Shown piece after piece: positions 1 through 10,756 of a stretch of DNA of 64,000 nucleotides. Source of the stretch: Vicugna vicugna (taxonomy: Eukaryota); the NCBI GenBank assembly GCA_013265495.1, contig MU057560.1, positions 1 to 64,000 of the forward strand, read 5' to 3'. The notes beneath the pieces are model-generated. The model did no database searches. It had not been told where the DNA came from and was given only the letters and a program-made list of their open reading frames with translations. Both the position numbers and the translations under genes were made by a program. The first letter of the stretch is position 1, and every line of letters begins with the position of its first letter.

Positions 1-390
1 CACACACACACATATATCCATACACACACTCACATCATACACACACACTATGCACACACCATAAACACATACCATGCACACCATACATATACACACACCA
101 CACACACACACCATACACCCATACACACACACAATACACATACACTATACATACACCATAAACACATACCATGCACATTATACATATACACACACACCAT
201 ATACACAGCACACTCACATACCATACACCCATATACACACACATACTATATATATACATACCATAAACACATACCATGTATACCATACATATACACACAC
301 CATACACACACACTATACACACACCATAAACACACACACTCATACCCATCCACCACACATCATACACGCACACACACCACGCACACACAA
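1..390. repeat. CA/TA-rich low-complexity repeat with a degenerate ~100 bp higher-order unit
   Basis: The + strand is almost G-free and built from cac/cat/tac units. The 19-mer accataaacacataccatg recurs at 58, 155 and 260, with a partial copy at 323. Confidence 0.95.
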
Positions 391-1174
391 ACATGAAAGG
401 ACGAGAAGGGGGCTGTTATGGATTAAGTGCCTTTTATGACCCCACGCCTTATATATCTTACCCCAGTGAACTGTTACAATGACGCTGAGAGGCACTGCAT
501 TGTCTGTAAGAAGAAACTGAAACTAAGAAAGCCAAAATGACTTCCTCAAACGTGCATGGCCAGTGCCTGCCACCATGTGGGAAGACGGCGCCAGTCTGGC
601 CGGCAGCCAAGGACCGACATCTGTTTCAACCCAGAGGAAGCGCCAGGCGCTGTGAGAGTCCTCGTCGGGGCCAGGTCTTGGAAGCAGCTGTTTCCAGGTG
701 TTGTGGCCTCCCTTGGAGCGACCTCCGGGAGCCGCTTCTGGTGGAAGCCACCCTTGATAGTGACTGGCAGGCAGGCACACCAGGAAGAGCTGGTACCAGG
801 AGTCTGTGAAACACTAAATAATTCCACCGGGAGCTGCCCCTTTCATGAACCTTCAGTGGAAATGTGCTCCTTACAGCCACCATTGGCCACCGCAGGGAGG
901 CGCTCAGGGTGGGTAGGCCAGATGGCCCCTACGTCTTCATCTTGTCAAGCCTTCAGCTTTGCTGGTGGGTGTTTCCCTCTGTGGGCGAGGGGACAGCTCA
1001 CTGGTCCTTCTGTGTACTTTTCTCTGAGGAGCCAGGACACAAGATTCCTATTAATACACCTGGCAGGTCAGAATTAGAGCCAGGACACTCTGTGGGCAAC
1101 TGTGCCAGCCAAGCATGATGCAAGGATGGAGGGTACTGGTGTCTGACAGCTGCGAAAGATGCACCCCCATCAGT

Positions 1175-1290
1175 AAGCCTTTGGTGACTCAGGGCTCCTC
1201 TTGCTGCATCTAAAATGAGGGTCCGCACGTCTAGCTCACAGGACTGTTGTGCGGATCGGCTGAAATGATGCACAAAGGGCACCTGAAGGA
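1175..1290 (+). mobile_element. MIR SINE fragment
   Basis: MIR core-like text catctaaaatgaggg...ctcacaggactgttgtgcggatcggctgaaatgatgcacaaagggcacctg. Confidence 0.65.
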
Positions 1291-1484
1291 ACATCAGTGA
1301 GGCTTCTGTTTCCTTGGTCCTGAGCCCTCTTCCCACCCATCCTTCTGCCTTTAGCTTGGCCCACTTTCTCTGATAAGCTCTTCTAGACCCTTCTATCCCG
1401 TTTGGGTGCCTGAATATGTTAGGGATGCTTTTTGGCTGCAAGTTGATGGAAGAGACAAGAAAGAAGGGAATTAAGTTAGTTACA

Positions 1485-2030
1485 CAGTCAGTTCTGCTAT
1501 AACAGAAGGCATCTCTCCCTAAAAGTCACCAAACTATGCAAAATCGGCAATCAACTGATCAGTTACAGGTTAAAGGTATCCAGGCGCCCAACACTCAAAG
1601 AAAGCTTTGTCAGCGACATGAAGAAGGATAAGAACCTCGTAAAGGCAGCTGTACAGCTCCGCCCTTACTGAGTGGTGAAGGCTGGCATCAACACTGCAGG
1701 GGACGTGGCACTTGAGGTGGGGAAAGGCCTGAGGTTGTTGAGGAGTCGGCTTGTGAGCTGTGCTGATGTGGAGGGAGGAGGGAGATGTGGAGCGGGAGGG
1801 AAAGTCCAGACGGTGGGTGTGGCTCACGACGCACCTGGTGATCTGCGGCACCCGGGAGACGATGGAGGGGCGCATGTGTGTGCACGTGTGTGCGTGTGTG
1901 CACGCGAGTGTTCCTGGGCTCGGCTCAGCTGGGAGCAGCGCATTGCATTCGCCCGGTGTTTCCTGCAGGTGAAACCACACATCTGCGAACACAAGTCTGC
2001 CTTATTCCCGAACTGTTCCCTAATAGACCA
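1485..2030. mobile_element. Tigger13a-like (TcMar-Tigger) non-autonomous DNA transposon, right TIR lost
   Basis: Starts with the TIR cagtcagttctgctataac (1485). Internal landmarks ctatgcaaaatcg, caacactcaaa, gggtgtggctca, ggctcggctcagctggg and tgttccctaata appear in the order of the Tigger13a consensus as I recall it. Confidence 0.75.
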
Positions 2031-2199
2031 GCCTCACTGCGCCTGCGCGCGCCGCCGCCCGGGCACCCGCGGCGCTGGCCCCGCGCGCATCGCACAGCGT
2101 CCCCGTGGGCAGAGGGTCGATGGCAGTGCCCCGCGCAGCCCTACGTGTTAGTGTTGTGAGCGACTGCAGTTTACTTACCTCTGGTCAAGGGCTTTTATT

Positions 2200-4200
2200 A
2201 TAGATTATTTAACCCCGTTTTAGCTTTGCTAACCCCTCAAAGTGGTGAACACCGTAAAAGCATCCCTGCAAATCCCGTGGCTCGAGGCTGACGCGGATCC
2301 CGTGGGCACGGGAGGGCACGGAGGGGCCGACGGGGCTGCCGAATGTCCTGGTCAGGATTCGAGTTCTCTGTCCCTCAAAAACAGGCTGAAAGGGTGGCGA
2401 TCTAATAAAATCTTGAAATAGTGAACACAAATTCTAACGTTATAAAATTATCTGATACAGAGATTGAAGTCCGCTGTCGTTAACCGCGAACCTCACTATT
2501 TGTGGGCCTAGAGCTCATGCCTTGACATGTTAACTAACAGAAGTGCAAATCCATCCCAATTGGATGGATCCCTAAGAACACAAACGCGAAGATGAGCAGG
2601 CGTGGCTCTTCAGCCGTGCTAAAGTTTACGTTAGTTAATCCCATAATGTGCAAAATTCTACTGAACTCAATGCTAATTCCTTTGAAGTCTCTTTCAAGTT
2701 TTTTTTTTTTTGCCCCCTTAGGGGAAAAAGACGTAAAGCATATCAATTAATAAAATATTGTTAATATTTTGGATGAAAATGGCTGGAGCAACAGAGAAAA
2801 TAATATGGTAGATACAAAATTGCATCCTTTGTCTTCAAGCGATTTGGGAAGATACATACAAATGTTACGGAGGACTGGAAGGAGCCAATGTGAGGTTAAA
2901 TGACTGAGTCTGGGGGTTTTGCTCCACAGCTGGGCACAGCTGTTTCTAACACGTCCAACCTTCTGGTACTTGCTAAGTTCAGTTTCAATACTGAAATACA
3001 CGAAGGACAACTTCTCTGTGATCTACTAAAGAAAGATGTATTAGAGAAGCTCTGTTCTGAGCAGCAGGTGATTCTGTTAACAAAACGACAGTTTATGGGG
3101 AAAAAAAATGATGTTAACGCAACCAGGGACGCTCTATCTAATTGTCAAGAACCAAAGGAAGCTGGCACCCGTCATTCATTCACAGCATTATTCCTAGTAA
3201 GAGATACTTTAAAATGTTTGGCCATAAATATAAAGATACAGGACATAAATATAAAAATCTTTAGTACACATTTACTGTTTACTGCAAATCCTTAAGAGTT
3301 AAATGTGAAATAGACTTATGAAAATTATTTGTTCAATTCAAGTCATGCTTTGGGGGAGTATATGATAAAAGCTAGTTGTCATCCAATGCTGCCAACCAGA
3401 TATTTTTTAATGAATAAATTGAAAATAACTAAATGAGTAATTCTAAGTCCATTCTTCAGTCCACAGGTAATTTCTAAACAATGAATGAGAAAGTAACTGC
3501 TTTTTGAGAGAAATGTATGCTGTAGAGAGCGAGCAACTTGGAATTAGAATCCAGAAGTGATGCTACCATGATGTGATTTTATTTTCGAAATATTATACAT
3601 CAACAGTGACAACAAAATAGTACATTATGTATACCAAATACAATATATGTGTGAAATCTGTAGATTATCAAAACTTAACAAAAATATAATTTTAAAAAAT
3701 TTTCTAAAATGAGGTGTTGTCCCTTGGATAAAATTTTACAAATGGCATAAATGTAAGCTCAAAAGAAAAACTGACATTCATAAAAAAGAAAATTGAGTAC
3801 CTGAATTCTGACATCCACCATCACCACAAATCTCCAAATAATTGCTGAATGAGACTGGAACGTGGTGCCCAAATTTCAAAAGCACCACTGATGATTCATT
3901 TCTATTTGGATTTATGTACTTACGTGAAGTATAATTTTCAACCATGATAATAATTTAATGTAAGAAATAAACTGAACTTAGAGGTTCATTGTCTCACAAA
4001 GTGTCAAACCAACATACAAAATAATAAATCATATTTAACCATATTTCTTTCATTAAACTATTCTTTCTGATAAAATATTTCTTATGAAAATACAAGTTAT
4101 TTATTTGAAATGAAAAATTAAAATTAATCCAAAACTTTGTTCATTTTTTCTTTCCTCATCCTGCACTGCACACATCTTCAGAGGTCCGTGTATATGATGA
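2200..4200 (+). mobile_element. Decayed hAT (Charlie/Buster-family, Charlie7-like) transposon with pseudogenised transposase
   Basis: Colinear transposase motifs: CLDMLTNRSANPSQLDGSLRTQ (2518-2583, BED finger); FAPQLGTAVSNTSNLLVLAKFSFNTEIHEGQLLC in ORF 2900-3295 (cf. FALQLDESTDVSN..QLLVF.R...EIHEELLFC); TMNEKVTAF*EKCML*R (3478-3528); FLFGFMYLREV*FSTM then RNKLNLE (~3899-3983, cf. FxTTYLCESGFS...RNRLNLE). Stops and frameshifts occur throughout. Confidence 0.8.
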
Positions 4201-5049
4201 ATGAGGGCATAAATATCAGATTATTACTAAATGAGTAGGTGATTAGACAAAACAAAACCGGACAATGGTAATCTAGATAAGGAGTGAGAGTTGTCAGAAG
4301 ACCATCCAGAGGAAAAAGGCGACGGCACCCGGGAGGAGGCTTTCCAGGAGGAGGGCGGGATGGAGGGGAGACCCTCAGGTCTGGGAAGAGGCGCAGGGAC
4401 AAGATCGAAGGGGAGGCGGAAGAGGAAGAATGACATCAGGAACAGGGACAGGGATTCAGAGGAAGCGTAGTCACAGTAGGAACGCCCATCTGTGTTGGCT
4501 GCATCAGTTAGAATCACTGTCTGCACAGATGACCTGTTTCATAGATGACAACATTAACACACCAACAGTAAGGTGACTCACCTACGGTCATGAACCGTGT
4601 GCCATCTGCGTTGGGGCAAGTTTCTCCCGCACCTGCCTGACTCCCAGTTCCCTGGTGTTTCTGCCCCTTCTTCCTGCTTTGGGGTGGGGGAGGTGCCCTA
4701 CCCCGCCCTCCCACCAACCAGTGACGTTTCAGTTGTTTAGAGCTTTGAATTAGATTGTGGTATAGATCTACAAATTAATGCAGCAATTAAGTACATGTAT
4801 TTAATTTTATTTCCTTGTGGAGGGTGTAATCACGAGGATAGCTATTCGGAAGAAAAAAAAATAACTCAAAAGCAAACAACTGCAAAAAAAAAAAATTCCT
4901 CAGCTCTGCGCACTGCCTTTTATGGGCCTTCTCAGATTTTCCCATCAAGGTGGCTTTGAATCAGTACCAGGCCTTCTTTCATGTGGATAACGACTTAAAG
5001 ATGTGATGTTCAGGGCAACAGTTCATACAGCTCATTTTCTCTCTGTCCC

Positions 5050-5550
5050 CCGGTTCGCGGAGACAGGGGACATGGCGAGGCGTGACCACTGGGTGGCGCC
5101 GTTGGTCCACGGAGGGCCGCCCGCGGCGCCCCGGGGACCGGGCCCCCCTTAGCACAAAAGGCGGCGTTCCCAAGGTGTGCGCGGTGGGTTTCTGCACAGA
5201 TTTACCGCTTCGGCGGCCTTCTCCTTTCCAGGAGCCTCCCCCACCCCTCCCCGCTGGAGGCCTTTTTCCGACCGCGGTCTCCGTTGAGCCCCCGGGCCAG
5301 GGTGGGTGGAAGGAGGCCTCCCGGCTAAACGGGCCGGAAGAACCGACTTCACGTGTCACCGGGGCGGCAGCCCTTACGACATCACTTAGAAGATTAAAAA
5401 TAAATTGAAGCACATGCCACTCGAGAGGGAGCACACAAAGGACACCGCAGTATCGGATGCGTTAACGAGGAGGAGCTGCTGGCTCGCGTCTGAACGGGGT
5501 GGACAGAGAGGGGTTTGCGGCTGGTCAGCGGCTGGTGTTTGCAAAGCGAT
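5050..5550. promoter_or_regulatory. CpG-rich island-like segment
   Basis: Dense CpG/GC sequence (e.g. ggccgcccgcggcgccccggggaccgg), with E-box CACGTG at 5350-5355 and a GC box near 5360. No linked transcript is identifiable. Confidence 0.4.
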
Positions 5551-7599
5551 GCTTACACGTATTTTATTATTTAGATGAGGACGTGGGACCCTCTCCCGGT
5601 TCTGTACGTTCTTTCCCGGCTTTGACCTGGAAGATATGAATACGGTAGCCCAGGGAGGGAGGCTGGCGCCCCACACCACGCTGGAGGCCGCCCCAAGAAG
5701 TAAAAGAGGAAGGAGGGGAGGACGGGGGGCCCAGTTCCCGTGCCCGGATCAGTGGGGTCTGCAGGCCCCACATCCGTCCCTGGGCCAGGCCAGCTTCATC
5801 ATCCAGGACCATCTGTGCAGTGAGGCCGCCCACCCCTGGAGGGGCCTCAGTCTGCAGACTCACCTAAGAGCCATCCATCTCCCGCTGGCCTTTTGTTTCC
5901 AAGACCCCTCTCCAGCAGCCCGCCCCTCCCGACGCTGAAATCCCAGCCTCCTGGCAGTCACTTCCTGGCTAATGGGGACTGAGCCCAATCATTCTCGTTT
6001 TTCATGCCTTGTCAGGAGGCCTGAATGCAGGGAGGGGGGCGGTGGGGGCAGCTCCGGAGGCGCGGAGCGTGGGCAGATGTCCTCATGAAAAATTTACAAG
6101 GAATAATCAGAGGCTCCCGCTTTCCCCCCTCTGGGCGAAGTCCCCCTGCAAGAAGACTGGAAAATGCCCCCGTCGTCCTGAGGAAAATCTGGCTCTGGGA
6201 GGCTGGTGCGTGGCATCTGATGCACTTGGCCGTCCCCCTGAGACCGGGTTGCAAATGCAGTTCAGGGGAAATTGATGAAGTATCAGTTAATCTGAGGCTG
6301 ACAGTTGAGAGAGGTCACAGCTGCGAGGGGCGGCCAGGGTCTCGCAGGGGACGAGGAAGAAGAGTTAAAGAGACAGAGAGAGCCCAGTGGGGAGGAGGCC
6401 CTCCGGTCCTCCACGTGGGCGCCTCTCAGACCTTTGCGTGCTGCTGGGGCTCGCACGGACCCTCCCCCACAACAAGCAGCTCAAATCCAGACGCTCACAC
6501 GGCCCCCTCCGGCCCCCGCCAAAACCCAGACGCACAGCCCCATGTCCCTCTCTCCTTAGGAAGGAAGGAGGCGAGAGCTGCGGCTCCCAATTGAAACAGG
6601 CAGTGAGACCTCCTAATGCAAATTTCCGTTTTTAATTGGAGCTCTGAGTCATGTCTGCCGGCCCCGCACTTCCTGCTACAGGAAGGTTTGTCTAGGTAAC
6701 TGGCGTGTCCGCAGATGGTGGGCCAGGCACCGCTCAGAAGGAATTTTCTGGGAGTGGCATCGACTCTCTGGAAAGAGATAAGAGCAGATACAAGTCCGCG
6801 TTTGTCCGGAGTTGTTTTCCGTGTGAACACCGAGGGCTGCAGGACCTGGTAACCCACCACTCGAGGTGCAGGCCTCTGAGGGCCTTCCAAATGACAGGGT
6901 GGCTTTTAGGGCCAGACTCGCCAATCACTGGGTTTTATGGGATATGAAACAGCAAGGGTTTGGGAATCCAACAGCCGCGGTTTGGACCCCGGCTCCCCGA
7001 TGCTTTGAGAAAGGGTTCATCAATATCACTATTTGCTGGCAGAAAAATAGGGCAAGAGGTGATCATGGACTTCCTGTGATTAGACAGCTAAGCAGATTTC
7101 AGAGCTGGGCTTATAACCCATGCTTTTCGCCCTTCTCCATAGACGGCTTTCTTTTACTCATAAGAATGAACGTAGTAGCAGTCACAGTGACAGCAGCAGA
7201 GTAGCTGTCTCAGCGTTTGGGACGCGCAGGCTGTGCACGCATGACACAGGCAGGAACGCCTTTGTCCCATACTGCAAACCTGGGAGGCGGACACCACCCT
7301 GATCTTAGCGTTGGTATTATTATTAGCGTATCACCTCTTTTGAAAAGAAAGGGAAGTTGAGGTTTGGCAAGTGGACAGCACAATCCACTCCCTCTGTTTC
7401 TGTTTGGCTGGGAGCCCTCTCCTCTCCCTGGGGTGCGGTGGGCTGGGGTGGGGTTGTCCAGTGCCAGGGCTGCTGAGTCACACATCAGAAAGCACATGAA
7501 CACGAGTGATGGTAGCCCGATTGAAAAGAACACTGTTTTTAGTCAGTAAGAAAATGTATATTTGTTTAACAAGAATGCAAGTACTGAAAAACAACAAAG

Positions 7600-7753
7600 A
7601 TTTCTTATAATCAGCTATCATGGAAAAGAATCTGAAAATATATGTGTATATATATGTATATGTATGTATACGTCTAACTGAGCCGGTTTGCTGCACACCT
7701 GAGACTAACATTGTGAATCAACTACACTTCAATAAAAATAAAATTTTAAAAAA
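7600..7753 (+). mobile_element. Cetartiodactyl/camelid L1 3' tail fragment
   Basis: atggaaaagaatctgaaaa-(TA/TG)n-aactgagccggtttgctgcacacctgagactaacattgtgaatcaactacacttcaataaaaa followed by an A-rich tail. Confidence 0.85.
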
Positions 7754-8453
7754 TGCAGTTATCTTTCTCTAAAATTACATGGGGAAATTGTACACCAAGA
7801 GAACAGACTTTGTAGAAAGGAGACGTTTTCTCTGAAACAGGAAATCGTTCCACGCACCATAAGCGTATTTCAAACGTGGGCCCCCCACTTTGAGGCGGGG
7901 GGCAGGGCTTGTCCTTCCTGTCTGCAGGGGGGCATCTCACGGGCTGGGGGACACCACCGTGCTGTGCACTGGACAGGAAGTGGTGATGTTGCGTCCATCA
8001 CGGTCACACAAGATGTGTCGTTCTGAGACTCCCGGGTCAGGAGCACTCCCATGCCCACCTGCTAGCTCTGGGAGGCGCCTTCCTGGATGCACTCGGGCAG
8101 CCACGGAGCAGGTGGCAGGCCCCCACTGTCCCCTCTCTGGAGCCTTGCACCACCTGCCTGAGGGCCAGTGTCTGAAATTGTTGCTCCTGGTGTTTGGCTG
8201 GTTTCCGGCAGAAAGGTAAGTCCAGTCACTCTTGCTCCATCTCGGCCAGAAATGGAAGCCTCATGAATTTTGATTTAACCAAACAGAATCTCATGGAACC
8301 CCTTTGTATCATTTATAGCCACACACACGGAACGAGGCAGACACACAGCTCACAAATGTGCCTCCCATACATACCCTTTTGTAAGAGTTCCTTTTCACAT
8401 GTAAAATACTTGCTATATATTAACTGCCTATTATTTGCCAAAGGGTAATTTAA

Positions 8454-8622
8454 ATGGTTCTCAGCCTGGGAGGTTTTGCCCCTCAGACAGCATTTCGAAA
8501 AGTCAGGAGATGTTTTTGGTTGTCTCAGCTGTGACATCCTTCAGGGCATAAGGTCCCCCCTCCACACACACCAAAGACATTTTTGTCCCAAACGTCAATG
8601 GTGCCCAGATTCAGAAACCCTC
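8454..8622. mobile_element. MER20 (hAT-Charlie) with internal deletion
   Basis: tggttctcagcctgggaggttttgcccctcag...tttttggttgtc...cccaaacgtcaatggtgcccagattcagaaaccct. Both termini resemble MER20. Confidence 0.75.
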
Positions 8623-9916
8623 ATATAGGTTCACCGTAAGCAGAAAAGAGGAGCATCGCACAGAATGACTCAGAAGGAGCAGAACCAAGCCCGGCATTTC
8701 TGTGTCTTCCCTCCCAGGACACCGGACACCAGCCTGGCGTGCGGTGACACGGACTTCAGTCTGGCTCTGGAGCTGGGTTTTCTTTCCTGACGTTCGGAAA
8801 GGCTGTTAACTCTTTCGGCCTCAGTTTCCAGGTCTGTAAGAGAAATGTCTGGACTCCGTAGATGGATCGGCGTCACGAGGCAGAGATGGTACGTGCCGGC
8901 TGACAAAAAATGGAGGAAGAAGGGAGAAACTGATTTAGGGAGATCCTCTGTGCGGGGGCCCTGGGGGGGGCCCTCTGGGGGTTTGGTTGTCAGTCCGTCC
9001 CCTAAGGAGACAGGCCGGTCAGCTCCCTCCTCTCTGAGTCTCCCGGCCGGATCCCGGGGTGAGAGCCCCGTCTCACTAGCGGGGATGCCGGGGGGCAGAC
9101 AGTGCAAATGATTAAACGGGATATTTCAGGGGGAGCCAACCGTCTTCAAAGCGCAGACGCCTCGCCCGCACCACCGATGCCTCGCAGCATCCTTGCGTCC
9201 TTAGCTGCACGAAGGAAAGAACCTGAAATGACATCTCAAGTCATGTTTCTGAATGTTTGTGCTGACACGCGTGGCTGTCAGTGTGTCGCACGCGTGTTTC
9301 TGGTCCTGTGATGAACACATCAGTGCAGCTACCGGGAGCGTGAGGCCTTCCTGGACGGGAAACTGAGCCTCCCACGGGTGTGAGCAGCGGCCTCCTGCTC
9401 CGGCCGAGGAGAGCCCCACGCACGGCATCACCGAGAGCATCACATGTGTCCCTGCCGGGCTTCCCAACGACCTCATGTGCTTCCCTTGGTGTGTCTGGGG
9501 ATGGAGAAGGAGCCGTCCCTGCACACTTTGGTCACGTGAGACGTGGCCTTTGGAGAGCCCCCTGAGCCTCACAGTTGCTCCCAGTAGCGGCACTGAAGAA
9601 GGAGGACGCAGAGGAGGTTCACAGCGGCACTGCCTTTCTTCAGCTGAGTGTGGTTTGAGGACAGGGCCATGCTGTGTGACCGTGCCTGCTCCAGGCTGCC
9701 CGCCTGCCTGCCTGCCTGCCGTGGTATTCCTAAAACGGTGCCTGTTCATGGTAGAAGGTGCTTTGGGTCGGTAAAAACGCGTTCAAACTTTGGGAACCTT
9801 ACCTAGGTTTTAATTTTAGAGAACTCCCTTCAAAAAGGCGAAAAATCGAGAGCCCCTCCCCCGAGTGACTTCTAATGGCTTTAACTCAGTGTTAGCGTCC
9901 TGTACACACGTAATGC

Positions 9917-9990
9917 CAGTGGTTCTCACAGTGTGGGCCCGGGACCAGCAGCTCCACCTGTGAACTGGTCAGAAGTGCACACTCTTGGCC
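9917..9990. mobile_element. MER5A fragment
   Basis: cagtggttctcacagtgtgggcccgggaccagcagc...acctgtgaactggtcagaagtgcacactctt, which matches the MER5A left end. Confidence 0.7.
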
Positions 9991-10611
9991 ACATCCAGGC
10001 TGCTTTTCAATATTGTAACTTCTCCCACAGTTTTAACCTATAGGACACCTAGATTTCAGGTTTTGTTCTGCTTAATTTTTATAAGAATACAGACAGCAGG
10101 TCCAGGAGACACACAGAAGAAAGGCAGGGACTCTAATTATATTTCAAGGGGCTTAAAACTTACAACTTGGCATCCACCACTGTCAGGACCCAGGTGTCCT
10201 TCTGGTTTTCCCTAAATGAGAGCAATGATCAGTTAGCATTGTGTAAGAGATGAACACTTAGAACACTCATAAAAGCCCTCATCTTGTGGATTTGTAAGTT
10301 GAGGCCACGAGAGGTCCTCGGGGTTCTCCTGGATCCACAGGGAAAGCCAGTGACAGGAGAGCCCAGGTCTCCTGATCGCCCTCCCAGAGATGCTTTCTGT
10401 CACGGCCTCTCTCCTCTTCCTACCACAATTTTTAACGTTATTGAAATAGAAGGAATTAGACTCAAGGAATAGCGTCATACAGTATTTCCAGAGAAATCTC
10501 ATAGACCCTGAAAGTCAGCGTTTGCTGTACTTCAGGTTAGAGAGATGTGCCCATTTTCCACAACGGATACATTTGTCTGCTTTCCTTATTGAAGACCTAG
10601 TTATCGTCAAG

Positions 10612-10756
10612 GTTTTTGTAGTAACTGATAAGGAAAAGGCATGTGAAAACGAATGTCTGTGTGTACATGTATGACAGACATGATGCTGTTCACCAGCAAC
10701 TGACACAGCGTGGTAAACTGACTGCACGTCAATAAAAAAAAAGAAATGAAAAAAAG
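10612..10756 (+). mobile_element. Camelid-type L1 3' tail fragment
   Basis: tgtagtaactgataaggaaaaggcatgtgaaaacgaatg...tgctgttcaccagcaactgacacagcgtggtaaactgactgcacgtcaataaaaaaaa. Confidence 0.8.

Noticed and set aside
58..340. Spaced 19-mer direct repeats resembling a CRISPR array
   Set aside because: The spacers are themselves CA-repeat, the context is mammalian and there are no cas genes.
35..439. ORFs rich in C/V/Y/M or H/T/I
   Set aside because: They are translations of the CA/TG low-complexity repeat.
2900..3295. Possible domesticated ZBED/FAM200-like gene
   Set aside because: The catalytic D(E)STD motif is lost, the BED finger is degenerate, and flanking frames contain stops and frameshifts. 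It is a fossil.
5050..6600. Stacked ORFs over a GC-rich region as a first coding exon
   Set aside because: Pro/Arg/Gly-rich ORFs occur in several frames on both strands, with no homology I can recognise.
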